This document shows positions 58,469-64,000 of a stretch of 64,000 nt of DNA, in pieces. Source of the stretch: Peribolospora baueri. Its lineage: Eukaryota. The translations under genes and the position numbers were made by a program. Every line of letters begins with the position of its first letter. Position 1 is the first letter of the stretch. The stretch covers positions 1 through 64,000 of the forward strand of contig JAMDHS010000020.1 in the NCBI GenBank assembly GCA_029717555.1, in the 5' to 3' direction. Below the pieces are notes generated by a model. It had not been told where the DNA came from, did no database searches, and saw only the letters and a list, made by a program, of their open reading frames with translations.

Positions 58469-60554
58469 ATGAAGAAGTCTTCAAGCATGCCTGGACCTGA
58501 TCCCGGGGATTCAAGTCTCGCGTCCGGTCTTCGAACGCAGGTGGGCCATCGCTTTCTCCTTTGTCTGTCTTTCCGTGGTATCGTACCTGCGCGTCTAATT
58601 GGACATCGCCGTTGTCCAGCAATGGTCGTACACCCCACTCAATGATGTCAGGGATGGCATGATTTGCAATGTTGTGGGGGTGGTAGAGCGTTGCTCTAGT
58701 GTCAGCAGAACTTCAACTGGTGGTAAGTTTGGATTCCCTCTCTCCCTTCTGACTCTCCACGCCCAGCAGCTGATTGCTTGGGAAGCTTGTCTACAGACTC
58801 CAAGATAACAGTTTTCATGGTCGACCCATCGCTGCCGAACGGGCAAGCTCTTTCAAATAACCTGTTTTCCGCGTCTGAAACACTCCTTCCGAAGCCATCA
58901 GCTGGCGATGTGCTTCTTTTGCGGCGCCTTCATGTAAGGACGGTTAGCCTATACCTCTCTTCTGGTCGATTAAACCGTGCTGGACACCTCACGCGGCTCC
59001 TTATTAACAGATCCAGCGCTTCAACGGCAAAGTGGCCGGTACAGGCAAACGTGACGTATTTTCCTGGGCACTGTTCTATCCGGGCAAGCGACAGGTCGTC
59101 TTGTCAGGAGACAAAGGCAAAATCGATGGCATCGAGGCCAATTACTTGTCGAAGCTGGCGAAGTGGTATGGCTCTAGCAACGCGGATACTCAAAGCCCCT
59201 CGTGTCGCGTTAAGACCATCAGCAAAACTGGACCGGAAATGTATTTTGACTGCGTCACAGAGGTCAGCCCATGGCAATCACTAACTGGCTCCTTGGACTT
59301 GCATTGACGGTTGCTATGGATTGGATCGGTGGGCGCACAGATCATAAAAGTTTTCCCGCAGGACTTTACAACGAGTCTCTACGTTACCGACTACACCACG
59401 AACAAGCTGCTCTTCGAACACCGCGATGCTGTTGGTGCTGCCGGTGTTCGAGGCCAGCGGGTGCTGCAGATCACTCTCTACGACCATACTGACAAAGAAG
59501 AGGCTGCGCTTCAGGAGGGAAAGTTTGTCTACCTTCGGAACGTCCATACTCGGCGAGCAGGCAGCGACTGCATGGAGGCTCGAATGCATGGGGATCGGGA
59601 GGGGAAAGTACGAGTGAGGAAGCTCAGAGCTGGCGATCCTATACTCAAGCCTTTATTACAGTGAGCAGGTTTTTGCGCTGGTGCATTTGCAGGTGAAACC
59701 GGCACTGACTTTTGGGTCTTGCAGGCGACGTGAGGCGTATTTTTCCGAGGAATATTCTGAAGGGCACAACTCAACAACAGTTCAGGCAGCGGTTCAAGCA
59801 GCGGTTCAACAACCAGCGAAAGCCGCTTCGGCTCCGTCACCTGCGCTAGATCCTAGAGTCTCTTCGCCTGTTACGATCTGCAAGCACGTCCATATCCCTC
59901 CTACACCGATCGCGAAGGTCAAGGCCAGTACTCGCGCCGTCGCGAGATACCGGGTTCGGGGTCAGGTAGTCGACTATCTGCCTCGCTTGACGGATCAATT
60001 TGTTGTTTCAGTCTGCCAAGGATGTCGGTTACAGTGAGCGTTTCTCCCACATCGTCTGGTGATCGTCTGGAGACGTTGTTCTCAAAGCTGTTCTTTGCCA
60101 GGTTGAGGGACGGCCGGCGCTTTTGCACATCGTGCACGGACGGCGACAGCTCGAAAGTTCGTCAAGTCTTCCGATTTGCAATCCTTCTTTGCGACGAGGC
60201 GGGCGATTGTTTGCCTATATTGTGCTATGACGACGCAGCGGTGAGCGATAGAGGACGTTTTGGGGTCAAAGGGCGACTACTGAGCAGTCTCCTCCTCGCC
60301 TAACACACGTCCTACAGGATGCCTTCCTTTATCCTCTTTCTGCTGCTGACGTGCAGACCTCCAATGCCGGCCCATCCCGTCTTCGCAACCGCCTGGAACC
60401 CCTGCTCGGCTATCTGTGGAAAGCCGGCCGTGAGCAGCGCGAAGATGTGGATCCTCCAATGGTGGACCTAAGCATCGAAAGCTATGAAACCCTTTCTTCT
60501 GATGGACGAGATCTGGAGCGAAAGTACCGTCTGTTCGATACGCGTTTGAACTAA
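58469..60554 (+). CDS. POT1: Telomere single-strand-binding protein POT1 (three OB folds)
   Basis: NVVGVV..TG|DSKITVFMVDPS..NLF..LP..GDVLLLR, YFDCVTE|IIKVF, LYVTDYTTN, VYLRNVH, RYRVRGQVVDYLP..CQGC..CTSC..FRFAILLCDE.GD.LP. Confidence 0.85.
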
Positions 60555-61461
60555 GGATGCAGATCCAAGTCTTTACTCTCCTTGCGCATTGTGTTCCCAC
60601 TGGCGTAAATTCGGACGCCATACACATGATGAGACCAAATAGGCATTATGAGCACAACCAAGAGTCTACACCAGGGGTCCCATCTCCTTCGTATCGAGAC
60701 ATACGCGATCGTCGCATAGCTTACAGACAGTCTCAACACTCAGCCACCTTCCTAGAGGGACTGTCGACCAAACACAGCCATAGTAATCGTCGGAGGACGT
60801 ATAGCCGTGTCATTCTTCTCGTAGTCTTCTCTACCGTTATACTCGTCGTGCCTTGCACGGAAGTGAGCACAGAGCTGAGAGGGACGTGCATACGGAAAGC
60901 GAAAGTGTTCTATTCCATGACCTTCCCAAAAGAGAGGGAGGGAATGGGGCACCTTACGACGCATGCTCAACGCATGTGACTAAGCGTCTAGCCGCACAAG
61001 CTAACTACAGGGGAGGGTGGGCGGGAAAACAAAGAGAAACGCTCTCAGAGACGGAGACTGGCGGTTCGTCGTGTGTGGAAGAAAGGGAGAGAGGGAGACA
61101 AGGAGTAGCAGTGGCGAGATATGTAGTAGAACAGCCCGACGCATATCATCACATATTCGTCCGCAATTGGCCTCTTGCCTACTTAGCTTCACGCTGGCGG
61201 TCCGTCAAGGCATTGATTGAGTGGAAAGGCGTCCGTCTGCGTGCGGCAAAGATGGGAGGACGGGGCGAGCTCAAGCCGAAGGCGTGCAAGTTCGCCACAG
61301 GCTCAGGGAGCCAACGTTCGCTTCTAGATCTAGCTCATTCCCGGCGGGGAACGGGTATCTATGGGTAGAGAAATAAAAATACACGCAGAACCGTTTTGAT
61401 GGTTGTGCTCCTCCCCCGACATTGCGTCCTGCTTGATCATTCGTGCTATCTTAATGATCGA

Positions 61462-63773
61462 TCATTTTCGCTTGCCCTTCTTCGAAGCACCACTCCGTCC
61501 GCCCGGCGCCGCTAGAGCGTGCCCGGTTTCCCTGATGTGCACATGAAGCCGGGTGCGAGAGTCGAACAGAGCGCCGCACACATTGCAAGTCTCCTTATCT
61601 CCCTTGGCCTTTTCCGCCTCTTCCGCCGCCGCCTTTTTTGCAGCTTCCCTCGCCCGTCGCTTATTCCGTTTCGACACCGTCGGCGCGTCCTCAGTAGCCT
61701 TAGGTGGTGGTACATTGTCGGACTCGCCTGCACAAGACGATAAGAGCATGCGTAGGCGTGTGAGACTCCGTCATCAACGGTCGACGCCCGCTAACAAGGG
61801 CGCTCACCTGGAGTCAGCCCCCCGCTACCCTCCGACAGAGTGGTGTGAGCCAGAATGTCCATCACCGCTTCATCGTCCCCAGAGTTAGGCATTCTGCTCT
61901 TTTTCTTCTTCTTGTCCTTCTTCTTCTTCGGCTTCGCGGAAGGCATCGCATCGAGGTCATCGCCATCCCCCTCGATATCGGATCCTTGTCCCATCCCGTC
62001 ATCGGAGAAGTCAGAAAGAACCATTTCCCGGATGTCTTCCGAAAGAGCGATGTCATTCGGATCGCGTTCTCGAGATCGACGGTCACTTCGCTCCTCCTCC
62101 GCGGGCGCAAACGACTCGCCGCCCCCGCGACCACCTTCAAAGATGGCCTCGTCACCAGATGTGCCTCCGAGACCTAGATCATCGTGCTCTTTGCGCATTT
62201 CCTTCTGGAGCCTGTGAGACGAGGTGCCAAGCCCGGTTAGCTTTCAACCCCTTGGGTCGCGATCATCGATTTCATATAGAAAGAAAAGCAGCAGCGACTC
62301 ACCTCTTGACATTCTTGACGTGCCTCTTCGACCGTTCATGATTCTCCCACGCTTGTGGAGATTTGAACCTCTTGTCGCAAGCCCAGCAGGTCAAGTCGTC
62401 GTCCTCCCCATCGAACACCCCGTCTTCCGCGCCCATCAGCTCGTCTCCATCCATCTCGTCCTCGTCCTCCAATTCATTAGCTCCCGACCCCCCTCCTTCG
62501 TCGTCAGAGCCGCTTACGTCGTACCCTTCCTCCTCCTCTCGGACTTTCTGCCATTCCTGCTCCTTGTAATTCCGAATAGCTTCCTCCCTCTCCCGCTGCC
62601 TCTCCTCAGTTGCTCTCCGCCTGGCATCCGCCATCGCCGCAGATGAAGACGGTCCCGAAGTTTGCGCGGCCTGAAAAGACTTGAAGCGAGGATCACGCTT
62701 GCGGATGAACTGCGCGAGAGAGCGAACGACGTCATTGTACTCTCGCCTGGCCGCATCGCGAGCTCGCTTGTTATCTTTCTCCATGAGCCTGCGAGAATGG
62801 CGATCATTGGTCAATAAATGAAGGCGCGGCGATGGGCAATGACAATCAGCGAAACTCACCTTTTCACACGCCGGTCCGGAGCGTCATTGAGACGATGCTC
62901 GTCCTTCCAAGCGAAACACTTGCGCGTCGCGAAGTTCATCCAAGCGCTGTAAAAGTCCCTCACTGGGACTTGATGATCTGCAACGGCCTCCGCATATGGC
63001 GTATGCGAGTAGCCGAAGCTGGGGTAGGAAGGGGCTGCGTCTTTGTAAGGCGGGTCAGAAGGATAGGCGGTCGCAGACACCTCCTCTTGGGCGAGGCGCT
63101 CAAACAGACGACGGTAGGTACCGAAAAAGGATGAGTCTGAATCGCCAGCGAGGCGCGCCGGGGATGAGAGCGAGGGGTCAAAGAACTTCATGATCTGATG
63201 CGTCGTGAGACCGGGGCCGCTAGAAGGCCGAGGTCCATCCGCTGCCCTTCCCGTGCGAACCGATTCAAAGAGGGCTTCGTCGTCTTCATCTTCTCCTTCT
63301 GTATGATACGGGGATCCCGGAAGGAAAGAGGTGGATCCGGCTTTAGAATCGCACACGTCCGCTCTGCCGACGCTGCACCCAAACCCTGCTCACCGCCTCT
63401 GAGGATAGAATCTCTATGCTGATCATACCACGCGCGCTCTTGCTCATCGGATAGAACTGAGAACGCATTCTGCAGCTGAGCGAAGATCTTTGTAGCCTCT
63501 TCCACATTGTCGGGATTCTTGTCAGGGTGATGAATCTGGCAATGTGAAACGAACGGGATTGCGATTGAGCAGGTTACCTTGCCAAGACGGAGGCCCAGAC
63601 GCATTAGCTCCACTCGAGTCTGTTGCACTTACGAGTGCCTTCTTCCTATATGCCTTCTTGATCTCCTCGCTCGTAGCGTCGACGCTGACGTCGAGAAGAG
63701 CGTAGTAATCGACAGGCCCTTCCCCATCTTGTCCTACCCCTTCGCGCCCGCTCGCAGATTGCGAAGCACCCAT
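61462..63773 (-). CDS. JJJ1: J-domain/zinc-finger co-chaperone JJJ1/DNAJC21
   Basis: DYYALLDV..EIKKAYRKKAL|IHHPDKN, ERAWYD, FYSAWMNFAT, APDRRVKR|LMEKDNK, RKRDPR, CWACDKRFKS..HERSKRH, C-terminal CNVC..F.SRTRL..H...TGH. Confidence 0.93.
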
Positions 63774-64000
63774 CGTCCGCGCGCAATCTCTCCGGTGCTC
63801 GACCCGTGCAAACCGTACAAACTGGCGTTGCCACCGACGAAGACGATGTCCGAGGATGCGTGTGAATGGATGTGTCACGGTGTGGCCAATTCCCCGTTTC
63901 CGACCTGGAGAAATATTACTGCGGTAACGCCTAGGAGATCTCTACGTCGTGTTCAGGCTTCCCTAGAACGCCATGCACACGACATCTCCGTTCAAACAGG

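Overview
Gene-dense, intron-rich (GT-AG) fungal DNA, most likely a basidiomycete; the taxon is inferred from gene content and intron style only. The window starts inside a >=72-nt poly(A), which is a poly(T) tract in an intron. It holds about 22 protein genes, mostly in tight head-to-head pairs: a PPN2-like metallophosphoesterase, CWC16/YJU2-family, a Ca3427-like solute-binding protein, an SLC45/Sut1-like transporter, a FIST-domain protein, SGS1/BLM RecQ, RRP3, a TigA/PDIA6-type PDI, a sorbose/mannitol-type SDR, a TUG/UBX protein, a large disordered protein, SDE2, RPT2, ARC35, SWD2, ATP19, a YCF1-like ABCC transporter, an FMO, a YIP1-family protein, NCS2, POT1 and JJJ1. A ~6.2-kb accessory island (about 36.6-42.8 kb) interrupts this. 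It holds a frameshifted Gfo/Idh/MocA fragment, a scrambled Ty3/Gypsy relic (protease downstream of RT), an LTR-like segment, a 43-bp inverted repeat and other repeats. Points of interest are micro-exons splitting a PDI active site, a start codon split by an intron, recurrent promoter motifs (CACGTG, ACTGCGG), a long structured ATP19 intron, an HRDC-less SGS1 and three unexplained gaps. I found no convincing novel multi-gene system; the best candidates are flagged as hypotheses. Gene coordinates were assembled by eye across introns.
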